The position numbers and the translations under genes were made by a program. DNA of 64,000 nucleotides from Squalus acanthias (lineage: Eukaryota): contig JASTWF010000356.1 in the NCBI GenBank assembly GCA_030390025.1, positions 62,001 to 126,000 of the forward strand, written 5' to 3'. Positions 1 to 10,716 of the stretch are shown in pieces. Position 1 is the stretch's first letter. Every line of letters begins with the position of its first letter. The notes under the pieces are model-generated. The model was not told where the DNA came from. It saw nothing but the letters and a program-made list of their open reading frames with translations, and did no database searches.

Positions 1-145
1 CAGATCTCTTTATTCCTATATTCTAATTAGATTATAATTTTTCAAGTATTATAAATCCTCCTTATTTTTGATTAAAAAAATGAAATACCTCACACTTATC
101 TGTGTTGAACCGTATTTGCCAATTATCTTCCCATTCTGCAATTTT
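1..145 (-). mobile_element. CR1-type LINE ORF2 fragment, decayed
   Basis: Resembles the region after the RT motif in other CR1 copies of this window (tacctcacacttatc...atttgccaa...cccattctgcaa; compare 42320-42385). Confidence 0.5.
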
Positions 146-270
146 ATTAGTTTGAGGTGCTGGATTAGTTTGAGGTGCTGTGTTAGATTGCGGTGCTAAT
201 TTTTTGGAGTTGTTATATGGGTTGTAAGGGCAGTATTAGAAAGAAGAGCTGTGTTAGTTTGAAGAATTTA
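146..270 (+). repeat. Short degenerate 18-bp satellite (attagtttgaggtgctg type)
   Basis: About three consecutive units plus degenerate ones; same family as 5440-9085 and 55440-55935. Confidence 0.7.
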
Positions 271-411
271 CAGGTGCTGCTGTGACGTGTTTCCTTAATA
301 GAAATACAATAATTATTTAATATCAAATTACCCAATCTTGTAAGAAAAGGCAGGACAGTTTAATTCTCCAGACCAGATAATCAAACCCTGTAATTTAATT
401 TGGAAACGTAA

Positions 412-605
412 TGTCGTAAGAATGAGCCTTACGCGTGGTGAACTTAAAGTAAGCTTTAATCAACTAAAAAGGTGCTACATACAAAAGAGGTCTTACTCTA
501 TGCCTCTTCAGGATCCAACTGATCAGCCCAGTATTTATCCTGGACTAATCACAGGAAGTGGTGTAATAAAGTTCGAGTCACAGGAAGCTGTATTGTGTTA
601 CCACA
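412..605 (-). repeat. 3' LTR of the Gypsy element
   Basis: Direct repeat of 4701-4894; preceded on the minus strand by the PPT (G-run + GAGAA). Confidence 0.95.
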
Positions 606-674
606 TTCTCCCCCCCCCCCCCCAAAAGATTAGGAGGCCGGGATGAAGTTCGAGTCACAGGAAGCTGTATTGTG

Positions 675-3600
675 TTACCACATTCTCCCTCCATTTCGTA
701 GCCGCTGGACGAGGGAGAGCCGCACCCGTTTGGGTTCTCGTAGCGGTAGAGGGCCCCTAGCCCGTTTACCCACCGCGGGCCGTGGACCAGAGTCCGAGTG
801 ATCCAGCCCGCTCTGTGAGGGGTCAGGACGATCCTGACTGTGCACTGGTGCCCGAACGGGTGTCGGGCAGGGCTGTGTCAGATCCGTTTCCGAGCGTACA
901 TTACGGGGTGGATCGTGGCTGCGCGTGCGAGCCCCGACGGGCTCATAGTCAGTCTGCCCCAGGTCGGCACGCTGGAGTGAGGTACCAGCCGGCGTCAGAT
1001 CCAGATCGTGATGAGAGGCACCTGGCAAGCCCAGAGATGTGCCTGGTACAATATCATCCCCTGGTGTCCCTCTATGTTTCGGCGGGCAGGGAGCCAGATC
1101 CCGCAATGACACGGTAGATTCCCGACCGTCAGGATACCGAATATAGGCGTAGGTAGGGTTGACGTCAGTGAGCTCAACCTCATCTACCAGGGGGTCATTC
1201 TTAGACGCCCGAACATATCTTCGGAGTAGCACTGGTCCCGGTGCAGTCTGCCACGATGGGAGAGATATCCCATAGGATGAGCGACGCTGAAATCGGAAGA
1301 ACCGTTCATGAGGCGTCGTATTTGTGGCGGTCGAAAGGAGGTACCGTGTGGAGTGGAATGCGTCTGGAAGTACTGCTTCCCATTGCTGGTTGGGTAGGCC
1401 CCGAGATCTCAAAGCCAGACGTACGGCATTCCAGATGATAGCGTTAAAACGCTCGACTTGCCCATTCCCGACCGGATGATAAGGCGTCGTTCTGCTGGCA
1501 GCAATACCCCGTTCCGAGAGATAGGCCTTGAGTTCTCCTGACATAAAAGAAGGGCCCCGATCCGAATGAACATAGGATGCCATGCCACAGAAAGCAAATA
1601 CCTGATCAAGGCAGCTGATAACCGTGGTCGTCAGCATATTGGGGCAGGGAAAGGCAAATGGAAAACGGGAATACTCATCGACCATGGTCAATAGATAAGT
1701 GTTGCGAGTTGAAGAGGGCAACGGCCCCTTAAAATCGATGCTAAGCCGTTGCATTGGCTGGGTCGCATGTATGAGTATATCACCCGAGGGGCGGAAAAAC
1801 TGAGGTTTCAATTCTGCACAGACTCTGCAGTCCGAGCACATCTTCTTTACATCCCCGGTAGAGAATGGGAGATTTCGGGACCGCACGAAGTGTAGCATGC
1901 GAGTAACGCCCGGATGACACAACCCATCATGGATGTCTACGAGCGTAGAGGGTGACATGGCGGAGCAGAATGCTCGTGTGAGGGTATCCGGATCCACATT
2001 CTCCTTGCCAGGTCGATAGTGGATGGTGTAACCAAAAGAGGCCAATTCCAGCCGCCAAAGCTGGATTTTATTATTTTTAATTTTGGTCCGTTTTCGATTA
2101 TCGAGCATGAAGGCGACCAATCGCTGGTCCGTGATTAAGGTAAAGTGCTGGCGAGCTAGGAGATGAGTCCACTTCCGTACTGCCTCTATGATGGCTGTAG
2201 CTTCTTTCTCGACTGGAGGATAATGTAGCTCAGCCCCTTGAAAAGTCCTGGACAAAAATGCCACCGGACGACCTTCCTGATTCAGAGTGGCCGAGATCGC
2301 CACCTCCGAGGCATCACACTCAACAACAAAAGGAAGACTCTCATCGATGGAGTGAAGAGCCGCTTTCTCCAACTGTTTTTTCAGGAGGTTAAAGGCTGCA
2401 ACAGCCGCTGTGTCTAGTGGGAATGTGCTGGCCTTCAGTAGAGGTTGGATTCGGTCCGAGAAGTTAGGAATCCATTTACCATAGTATGCAAACAGGCCGA
2501 GGGCCCGGCACAAGGAGGCCGGATTCTTAGGTGGCGGGAGCTCTTGGAGTGGGTGAAGCCTTTCAGGGTCAGGTTTAATGATGCCATTGCCCACACAATA
2601 GCCAAGGATGTTGATGGTTGGTTGTGACTCAATGGATTTAGCCGCATTTAATGTCAAATTACGGTGCTGGAGTGCATCCCAAAATCGTTGGAGATTGGCG
2701 TCATGTTCCCGCTGATTGCGACCTGCGACAGTAATATTGTCCAGATAAGGAAACGTATCCTTTAAGTCTTCCTGTTTGACCAGGTCATCCATTGCTCGCT
2801 GGAAGACAGCCACTCCATTAGTGACCCCAAAGGGGAGGCGACGAAATTGATACAGCCGTCCATTGGCTTCAAAGGCCGTATACTGCTTGTCTGATACCTT
2901 CAAGGGTACCTGATGATAGGCACTTTTCAGATCATATGTTGAGAACACCGTGTACTCAGCCAGTTTATTAACCATATCATCAATGCGCGGCAATGGGTAT
3001 GCGTCCAAGTCCGTATATTGATTGATGGTCTGTGAATAGTCAATGCACAGCCGTTTCTTGTGAGGTTGTAGAGGGTTCTTAACAATAACGACCTGGGCGC
3101 GCCATGGCGACGAACAAGGCTCGATTATATCCTCTGCTAAAAGCCGAGAAATCTCAGCCGCAATAAAAGACTGGTCTTCCTGACTGAAACGTCGTGACTT
3201 AGTTATAATCGGTTTGCATCGAGGAGGGATACTGGTAAACAGTGAGGGTTCATCCAGTGAAGCTGCTGACAATGCACAGAACGGTAATCGAGGTCGTATA
3301 TTGGAAATAGTGAGTTCAGGTTTGGATCCGCCGAACTCAATGGTGAGCTTCTTATGCTGCTTTTGAAAATCCAGCCCTAAGAGAAGATCACTACATAAGT
3401 ACTTGAGCACCGAAAGCCGGGTGGAGGGATACCTGTGACCATTAAGTGTTATTTCAACCATACAAAAGCCAGAAATTCTGGTATTAAGTGATGACTGAGC
3501 CATCGCAATTGCCTGGTCCGATGGGAAAACTTGTAGCTTTAACTCTGCAACAATCTGTTCCCTAATGAAACTATCAGTGCTACCTGAGTCAATTAAGGCA

Positions 3601-4622
3601 TCTAAAGTATGTCCATTAATTGATGCTTTTGTAGCTGCATGGAATAGGTTCTGAGGACAAGCAGCTGTAATTGGTGTTGTTGCACAAAGAGTGGCTGAAA
3701 CTCTAGGTGTGTTTCTTCGAGAGAAAACCCGAGAGGAAGCACGATAGATTTTAGCCGGAACATCTTGACAGGCCCTTACCGGGGGAGTTCGGTAGGACTT
3801 AGCTTGATAAGCCCTCGTAGAGGCTCTTGATAGGCAAACCTTTGCAAAATGACCCTTTTTGTTGCAATGACTGCAAAACGCATTGCGAGCAGGGCAGAAT
3901 TTCCGAGGGTGAAACTCATCACCACAAAAGAAGCATTTCTTAGATTGCCAAGAGGCTGCCACAGTGGGGTCATCATCCTCTTCATCAGTGAAGTCATCAG
4001 ATTGATCGTCAGGGATAAAGTCCTCCCGAATAGAGTTCACCTGTGGCCTCTTAAATTGCCTGACTGTAGTTAAGGCAGCAGACCGAGGTCTGGGCAATGT
4101 ATAAAGGTCTGGATTTCTTTTTGCCAGATCTAGAGAGCAAGCCATGTCATAAGCTCTCTGAAGCTCAAGTGTCTTACTTTCCAGTAGACGCTGGCGTATA
4201 AATGGGGAGGCAAGCCCGCAGATGAAAGCATCACGGATCATTTCTTCACGGTACAGCTCAGCTGAGGCCGCCTGAAAGTTACAGTCCATACTAATTCTGC
4301 GAAGCTCTTGGAGGAATTTATCAATGGATTCCTCCGGCCCTTGGGCTGTAGCTAGTAGATGTCTGGCATAGACCTCATTCGGTGTCTTAGTATATAGTCT
4401 TTTAAGCGTCCGAATTGCCTCCTCGTAACTGCCCCATTCCTCGACATACTGAAATACATTCGGGGTGACACAGTTGATGAGTATCCGCAATTTTGAGTCA
4501 TCATCAGCCTTGCAATATTCGAGAAAATTGTCAAAAGTGCGATACCAGTGTTTCCACACCTTACCGGCTGCTGGGGTGTTTGGGTCCAAGTCAAAACGTG
4601 ATGGTTTAAGGATGTTTTCCAT
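675..4622 (-). CDS. Gypsy Gag-Pol polyprotein, 1315 aa, single frame
   Basis: Two zinc knuckles (CFFCGDEFHPRKFC, CSHCNKKGHFAKVC), protease LIDSGS, RT (LPFG, YLDN), RNase H (ECDAS, EKEA, TDQ), integrase HHCC (HDGLCH...CSDC) and DDE (SIDFKG, HSDRG, GQVERFN). Confidence 0.96.
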   Translation of the reverse strand: MENILKPSRFDLDPNTPAAGKVWKHWYRTFDNFLEYCKADDDSKLRILINCVTPNVFQYVEEWGSYEEAIRTLKRLYTKTPNEVYARHLLATAQGPEESIDKFLQELRRISMDCNFQAASAELYREEMIRDAFICGLASPFIRQRLLESKTLELQRAYDMACSLDLAKRNPDLYTLPRPRSAALTTVRQFKRPQVNSIREDFIPDDQSDDFTDEEDDDPTVAASWQSKKCFFCGDEFHPRKFCPARNAFCSHCNKKGHFAKVCLSRASTRAYQAKSYRTPPVRACQDVPAKIYRASSRVFSRRNTPRVSATLCATTPITAACPQNLFHAATKASINGHTLDALIDSGSTDSFIREQIVAELKLQVFPSDQAIAMAQSSLNTRISGFCMVEITLNGHRYPSTRLSVLKYLCSDLLLGLDFQKQHKKLTIEFGGSKPELTISNIRPRLPFCALSAASLDEPSLFTSIPPRCKPIITKSRRFSQEDQSFIAAEISRLLAEDIIEPCSSPWRAQVVIVKNPLQPHKKRLCIDYSQTINQYTDLDAYPLPRIDDMVNKLAEYTVFSTYDLKSAYHQVPLKVSDKQYTAFEANGRLYQFRRLPFGVTNGVAVFQRAMDDLVKQEDLKDTFPYLDNITVAGRNQREHDANLQRFWDALQHRNLTLNAAKSIESQPTINILGYCVGNGIIKPDPERLHPLQELPPPKNPASLCRALGLFAYYGKWIPNFSDRIQPLLKASTFPLDTAAVAAFNLLKKQLEKAALHSIDESLPFVVECDASEVAISATLNQEGRPVAFLSRTFQGAELHYPPVEKEATAIIEAVRKWTHLLARQHFTLITDQRLVAFMLDNRKRTKIKNNKIQLWRLELASFGYTIHYRPGKENVDPDTLTRAFCSAMSPSTLVDIHDGLCHPGVTRMLHFVRSRNLPFSTGDVKKMCSDCRVCAELKPQFFRPSGDILIHATQPMQRLSIDFKGPLPSSTRNTYLLTMVDEYSRFPFAFPCPNMLTTTVISCLDQVFAFCGMASYVHSDRGPSFMSGELKAYLSERGIAASRTTPYHPVGNGQVERFNAIIWNAVRLALRSRGLPNQQWEAVLPDAFHSTRYLLSTATNTTPHERFFRFQRRSSYGISLPSWQTAPGPVLLRRYVRASKNDPLVDEVELTDVNPTYAYIRYPDGRESTVSLRDLAPCPPKHRGTPGDDIVPGTSLGLPGASHHDLDLTPAGTSLQRADLGQTDYEPVGARTRSHDPPRNVRSETDLTQPCPTPVRAPVHSQDRPDPSQSGLDHSDSGPRPAVGKRARGPLPLREPKRVRLSLVQRLRNGGRMW

Positions 4623-4700
4623 GATGGGTGATTCCCTGGATCCTTAGTTCCGAGTTCGTCCAAAAAGTTTGAGTGCGAAGTTTTTCAAAGTTCATTAAAT

Positions 4701-4894
4701 TGTCGTAAGAATGAGCCTTACGCGTGGTGAACTTAAAGTAAGCTTTAATCAACTAAAAAGGTGCTACATACAAAAGAGGTCTTACTCTATGCCTCTCGAG
4801 GATCCAACTGATCAGCCCAGTATTTATCCTGGACTAATCACAGGAAGTGATGTAATAAAGTTCGAGTCACAGGAAGCTGTATTGTGTTACCACA
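4701..4894 (-). repeat. 5' LTR of the Gypsy element
   Basis: Direct repeat of 412-605; upstream of the ORF start on the minus strand. Confidence 0.95.
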
Positions 4895-5242
4895 CGTAAT
4901 TCAACCAACTAATTCAGTCAGGCAAAACAGAAATGCAGTATAGCAGACACGAGAGATGATCTCTAAACTTTGAAATTGGATTATTGAATTAAGACAGCAG
5001 AGTGCAGAGCATCACGGAAGCAATATGAAATATACTGATGAGCCCCATCTTGATTAAAAAGAACATATTGTTTAGCGAATGCAGCGACAAATTTTTATTT
5101 CGCTCACGAATATTATCAAAATGGTTCAGGCATTCAGGCTTTCATCATAGCAGGAACGGAAAACTGAATATATTTGTTCAAACAACAAAAAGTAATTTAT
5201 ACGATGTTGCAACACGAATGTCCCAGTGGACATCCTACAGTG

Positions 5243-5332
5243 TATAAATGGAAGGCTCTGGGAATGTATTGGCTCACAGTATAATTTAGAGATTACCTGC
5301 AGCACGAAGGGATAGATCGCTTCACACAGAAA
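5243..5332 (+). promoter_or_regulatory. TATA box and 5'UTR of GPCR gene A
   Basis: TATAAA at 5243, then ctctgggaatgtat and ttcacacagaaa-ATG. The same motifs occur with similar spacing upstream of gene B exon 1. Confidence 0.7.
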
Positions 5333-5399
5333 ATGTTGGCAACATTTCACACCATTAGTTTGATATTCTACATCATCCTTGCAGTCATTGGTGTACCAG
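5333..5399 (+). CDS. Exon 1 of GPR139-like class A GPCR gene A (MLATFHTISLIFYIILAVIGVP)
   Basis: ATG at 5333, 67 nt, phase-1 donor CCAG|GTGAGC. Joins in frame to the acceptor at 27111 to give ...GVP-VNLIAIVILSR (TM1). Confidence 0.85.
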
Positions 5400-5439
5400 G
5401 TGAGCAACTGCAAAAAACTGAGATATGTAAATATCTGTA

Positions 5440-6696
5440 TGTTTGAGGGGCTGTATTAGATTGAAGTGCTGTATTAGATTGAAGTCCTGTATTAGACTGA
5501 AGTGCTGTATTAGATTGAAGTCCTGTATTAGACTGAAGTGCTGTATTAGATTGAAGTGCTGTATCAGATTCAAGTGTTGTATCAGACTGAAGTGCTGTTT
5601 TAGATTGAAGTGTTGTATTAGATTGAGGTGCTGTATTAGATTGAATTGTTGTATTAGATTGAAGTGCTGTATTGGATTGAAGTGCTGTATTAGATTGAAG
5701 TGCTGTATTAGATTGAAGTGCTGAATTGGATTGAAGTGCTGTATTAGATTGAAGTGCTGTATTAGATTGAAGTTCTGCATTAGATTGAAGTGCTGTATTA
5801 GATTGAAGTGCTGTTTTAGATTGAAGTGTTGTATTAGATTGAGGTGCTGTATTAGATTGAAGTGTTGTATTAGATTGAAGTGCTGTATTAGATTGAAGTG
5901 CTGTATTAGATTGAAGTGCTGTATTAGATTCAAGTGTTTTATCAGATTGAAGGGCCCTATTAGATTGCAGTGCTGTATTAGATAGAAGTGCTGTATTAGA
6001 TAGAAGTGCTGTATTAGATTGAAGTGCTGTATTAGATTGACGTGTTGTATTAATTTGAAGTGCTGTATTAGAATTAAGTTTTGTATCAGATTGAAGGGCT
6101 CTATTAGATTGCAGTGCTGTATTAGATTGAAGTGCTCTATTAGATTGAAGTGCTGTATTAGATTGAAGTGCTGTATTAAATTGAAGTGCTGTATTAGATT
6201 GAAGTGCTGTATTAGATTGAAGTGTTGTATTAGATTGAAGAGCTGTATTAGATTGAAGTGCTGTATTAGATTGAAGTGCTGTATTACATTGAAGTGCTGT
6301 ATTAGATTGACGTGTTGTATTAGATTGAAGTGCTGTATTAGATTGAAGTGCCGTATTAAACTGAAGTGCTGTATTAGATTGAAGTGCTGTATTAGATTGA
6401 AGTGTTGTATTAGATTGAAGTGCTGTATTAGATTGAAGTGCTTTATTAAATTGAAGTGCTGTATTAGATTGAAGTTTTTTTTCGATTGAAGTGCTGTATT
6501 AGATGGAATTGCTGTATTAGATTGAAGGCCTGCATTAGTTAAAGGGCTGTTCTAGATTGAAGTCCTGTTTTATACTGAAGTGCTGTTTTAGATTGGAGTG
6601 CTGCATTTGATTGAAGTGCTGTATTAGATTGAAGTGCTGTATTTGATCGAAGTGCTGTATTAAATGGTAGTGCTGTATTAGATTGAAGTGCTGTAT
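5440..6696 (+). repeat. 18-bp tandem satellite (TGTATTAGATTGAAGTGC)n, left part
   Basis: Clear 18-bp period; produces the CCIRLK/QHFNLI pseudo-ORFs. Starts about 40 bp after the gene A exon 1 donor. Confidence 0.97.
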
Positions 6697-8140
6697 TTAA
6701 AACAGGTGGGAGAGAGAAAACGGGGAATTATAGACCGTTAAGCCTCACATCCGTATTGGGGAAAATGCTGGAGTCCATTATAAAATATGTAATAGCAGAG
6801 CGCTTGGAAAACAGTGACAGGATCGGACAAAGTCAACATGGATTTACAAAAGGTATATCATGCTTGAAAAATCGACTGGAATTATTTGAGGATTTAACTG
6901 GTAGGATAGATAAGGGAGAACCAGTCGATGTGATGTATTTCGACTTTCAGAAGACTTTCGATAAGGTCCCGCATAAGAGATTATAGAGCAAAGTTAAATC
7001 ACATGGGATTGGGGGTAAGGTACTGACTTGGATAGAGAACTGGTTGGCAGCCAGGAAGATCAGAGTTAGAATAAACGGGTCTTTTTCCGAGTGGCAGGCA
7101 GTGACTATTTGGGTACCGGAGGGATCGGTGCTCGGAGCCCAGATTTTCACAATATATATTAATTAACTAGACGAGCGAACTAGATGTAATATCTCCAAAT
7201 TTGCAAACGACACTAAGCTGGGTGGGCGTGTGTGTTGTGAGGAGGATTCCGAAAAACTCCAGTATGATTTGGACAGGTTGAGTGAATGGGGAGAAGCATG
7301 GCAGATGCAGTATAATGTGGATAAATGCGAGATTTTCCATTTTGGTGCCAAAAACAGGAAGGCAGATTAGTATCTGAACGGGAATAGATAGGGAAAAGGG
7401 GAAGTGCAACGAGACCTGGGTGTCCTTGTGCACCAATCGTTGAAGGTAAGCATGCAGCTGCAGCAGGCGGTTAAGAAGGCAAATGGTATGCTGGCATTCA
7501 TAGCGAGAGGATTTGAGTACAGGAGCAAGTACGTCTTGCTGCTGTTGTAAAGTGCATTGGCGAGACCAAACCCTAAGTAGTGTGTGCTGTTTTGGTCGCC
7601 TTATCTGAGGAAGGATGTTCTTGCCATAGAGGGAGTGCAGCGAAGATTCACCAGACTGATACCTGGGATGGCTGGAAAGACGTATGAAGAGAGATTGGGA
7701 CGATTGTGCTTGTATTCGCTACAGTTTAGAAGAATGAGAGGGGATCTCATTGAAACTTGTAGAATTCTAACAGGACTAGACAGACTAGATGCAGGAAGGA
7801 TGTTCCCGATGACGGGGAAGTACAGAATCAGGGGTCACAGACTAAGGATAAAGGGTAAGCCATTTAGGACTGAGATGAGGTCGTATTTCTTCACCCAGAG
7901 AGTGGTGAACCTGTGGAATTCTCTACCACAGAAGGCAGTTGAGGACAATTCATTAAATCCATTCAAGAAGGAATTAGATATATTTCTTAAGGCTAAACTG
8001 ATCAAGAGATATGGGGAGAAAGCAGGGACAGGGTACAGGATTTTGATGATCAGCCATGATCTCTTTAAATGGCGGAGCAGGCTCGAGGGTTCGAATGGCC
8101 TACTCCTGCTCCTATCTTCTATGTTTCCATGTTTCTATGT
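6694..8140 (+). mobile_element. 5'-truncated CR1 LINE inserted into the 18-bp satellite
   Basis: RT motifs QHGF, DFQKTFDKVPH, FANDTKL; C-terminal FFTQRVVNLWNSLP; (TTCTATGT)-like tail; several stop codons. Confidence 0.92.
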
Positions 8141-9085
8141 ATTCGATTGAAGTGCTGTATTCGATTGAAGTGTTGCATTAGATGGAGGTGTTGTATTAGA
8201 TGGAAGTGCTGTATTAGATTGAAGTTCCGTGTTAGATTGAATTACTGTATTAGATTGAAGTGCTGTATTTGATTGAAGTGCTGTATTAGATTGAAGTGCT
8301 GTATTAGATTGAATTGCTGTATTAGATGGAAGTGCGGTATTAGATTGAAGTGCTGTATTAGATTGAAGATCTGTATTTGATTGAAGTCCTGTATTAATTG
8401 AAATGCTGTATTAGATTGAAGTGCTTTATTAGATTGAAGTGTTCTGTTAGATTGAAGCGCTGTATTAGAATGAAGTGCTGTATTAGATTGAAGTGTTGTA
8501 TTAGATTGAAGTGCTGTTTTAGATTGAAGTGCTTTATTAGATTGAAGTGTTCTGTTAGATTGAAGTGCTGTATTAGATTGAAGTGCTCTATTAGATTGAA
8601 GTGCTGTGTTAGATTGAAGTGCTTTATTAGATTGAAGTGTTCTGTTAGATTGAAGTGCTGTGTTAGATTGAAGTGCTTCATTAGATTGAAGTGCTCTATT
8701 AGATTGAAGTGCTGTAATAGATTGAAGAGCTGTATTAGATTGAAGTGCTGTATTAGATTGAATTGCTGTGTTAGATTGAAGTGCTGTATTAGGTGGAAGT
8801 GCTGTATTAGTTTGAAGTGCTGTATTAGATTGAAGTGCTGTATTAGATTGAAGTGTTGTATTAGATTGAAGTGCTGTATTAGATTGAAGTGCTTTATTAG
8901 ATTGAAGTGTTCTGTTAGATTGAAGTACTGTATTAGATTGAAGAGCTGTATTAGATTGAATTTCTGTGTTAGATTGAAGTGCCGTATTAGGTTGAAGTGC
9001 TGTATTAGGTTGAAGTGCTGTATTAGAGTGAAGAGCTGTGTTCGATTGAAGTGCTGTATTAGATTGAATTGCTGTATTAGATTGA
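8138..9085 (+). repeat. 18-bp tandem satellite, right part
   Basis: The same unit resumes directly after the CR1 tail. Confidence 0.97.
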
Positions 9086-9749
9086 TGTGCGACTCTAAAT
9101 GTGCAGATACAGACTTTATCCATTTTCAAATACATTAATTCTTCCATGAAGTATTTTGTAAAGAATTGTCCTCTCACATTTGCCGTGAAATAAAATGTCA
9201 ATTTGCTGCACTGTCGCAAAAGCAGTGAACTCTCTTTCTCTCACACTCTCTCTCTCTTGCTGTGATTACTGGAGCTTTCATCATTTAATGTCATGCTCTG
9301 TTTCAGAGTGTTTGATATCTGTTAATGAATGTGTCAGATTGAAAATTTAAATGTTTTAATATTGGGCTGTTCCCTATTACACCATATCATCATAAGAGAG
9401 AATACAAGTGATATTCGGGTTTACCACTCCTACAGTATTCACATACTCTCTGCCACGGTAAACAGACATGTTTACTGACAGTTAATAAGCTGGGGTACCA
9501 CTGGCAAAGTAGTCACATACTGTTTGTCCCCATAAACACAATGATATACTGATAGAAATTAATCAGGTGTACCACAGGTACAGTATTCATAAACTCTGAG
9601 ATCAAATAATTTTGCGCTATTTATAGATTATTTGAACAATTAATGTTTTGTTGTGTCCTCTAAATAAGTATTGGGTGGACTGAAGCCTTTGTCTTCGATG
9701 CAGAAAAGAGCTTCTGACAACATATCCGCTCCATAACTAAGACCGGTTA

Positions 9750-10080
9750 TTTCCACCTCCTTATCATCGCCTGTCTCTCCCTCTGCCTCAGCTCATCTGC
9801 AGCGTCAACCCTCGTCCATTGCTCTGTTACCGCTGGACTTGACAATTCTGATGATCTCTTAGCTGGCCTCCCACGCTCTTATCTGCGTAATCGTGAGATC
9901 ATCCAAATTCTGCTGCCCGTGTCCTAACTCGCATCAAGATCAGTTCACACATCACCTCTGTGCTCGCTGGCCTCAATTCGCTCCCGGTTAAGCAACGGCT
10001 CGTTTTTAAAATTCTCATCCCTGTTTTCAAAACCATCCATGACCTCTACCCTACCTATCTCTGTAATCTTCTCCAGGCAA
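9750..10080 (+). mobile_element. L2-like LINE 3' region, left piece
   Basis: Homologous to minus-strand copies at 17650-18000, 35530-35830 and 48590-48900; continues at 15973. Confidence 0.7.
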
Positions 10081-10084
10081 CTGA

Positions 10085-10716
10085 AGGCACGGCGACCAAT
10101 GGCTGAGCAAAGATCGACGGATGGTTGTGTGACTGGAAAGCTGTTTCCGGTGATGTCCGAGTAGTCTCAGTACATGGCTCGATTCTTTTTTGATATACAT
10201 CAATGATTTAGACATCAATGTAGGGGGCATCATTACGAAGTTTATTGATGATTTTTTATAAATGGCGGTGTCGTTGATAGTGAGGAATAAAGTTGTAGAT
10301 TGCAGGAAGATCTCAATGGATTGGACCGGTGGTCAGTAAAGGGGCAATTGGAATTCAATCCGGAGAAGTGTGAGATAATGCATTTGGGAGGGCTAACAAG
10401 ACAAGGGAATGCACAATGAATGGTAGGATACTGAGAAGCGTTGACTAACACAGGGACCTTGGAGTGTGTGTCCACAGTTAACTGAAGGTAGCAGGACAGG
10501 TAGATAATTTGTTAAGAAGGCATACGGGATACTTTCCTTTATTAGCAGAGCATAGAAGACAAGAGCAGTGACGTTATGCATGAACTGTATAAAACACGAG
10601 TGAGACCACAGCTAGAGCACTGTGTATAGTTCTGATCACCACATTACAGGGCAGACGTGATTGCACTGGTGCGGACACAAAGGAGATTTAAAAGGATTTT
10701 GCCAGGACTGGAGAAT
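10085..10716 (+). mobile_element. CR1 LINE ORF2 3' region, left piece
   Basis: YINDLD, QLEFNPEKC, QRRFKRILPGLEN; interrupted here and resumes near 15533. Confidence 0.8.

Larger units (their letters stand above)
412..4894 (-). mobile_element. Full-length Ty3/Gypsy LTR retrotransposon
   Basis: 194-bp LTRs at 412-605 and 4701-4894 with TG...CA ends and 3 mismatches by eye. 5-bp TSD CGTAA at 407-411 and 4895-4899. Polypurine tract at 606-623 on the minus strand. Single long ORF with PR-RT-RH-IN order. Confidence 0.97.

Noticed and set aside
422..646. Near-identical small ORFs at 422 and 4711
   Set aside because: Antisense readings of the two LTRs.
5385..9219. Long repetitive ORFs (QHFNLI, CCIRLK, SNTALQ repeats, up to 325 aa)
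   Set aside because: By-products of an 18-bp satellite whose unit is a multiple of 3 and stop-free in several frames; no unique domain or gene structure.
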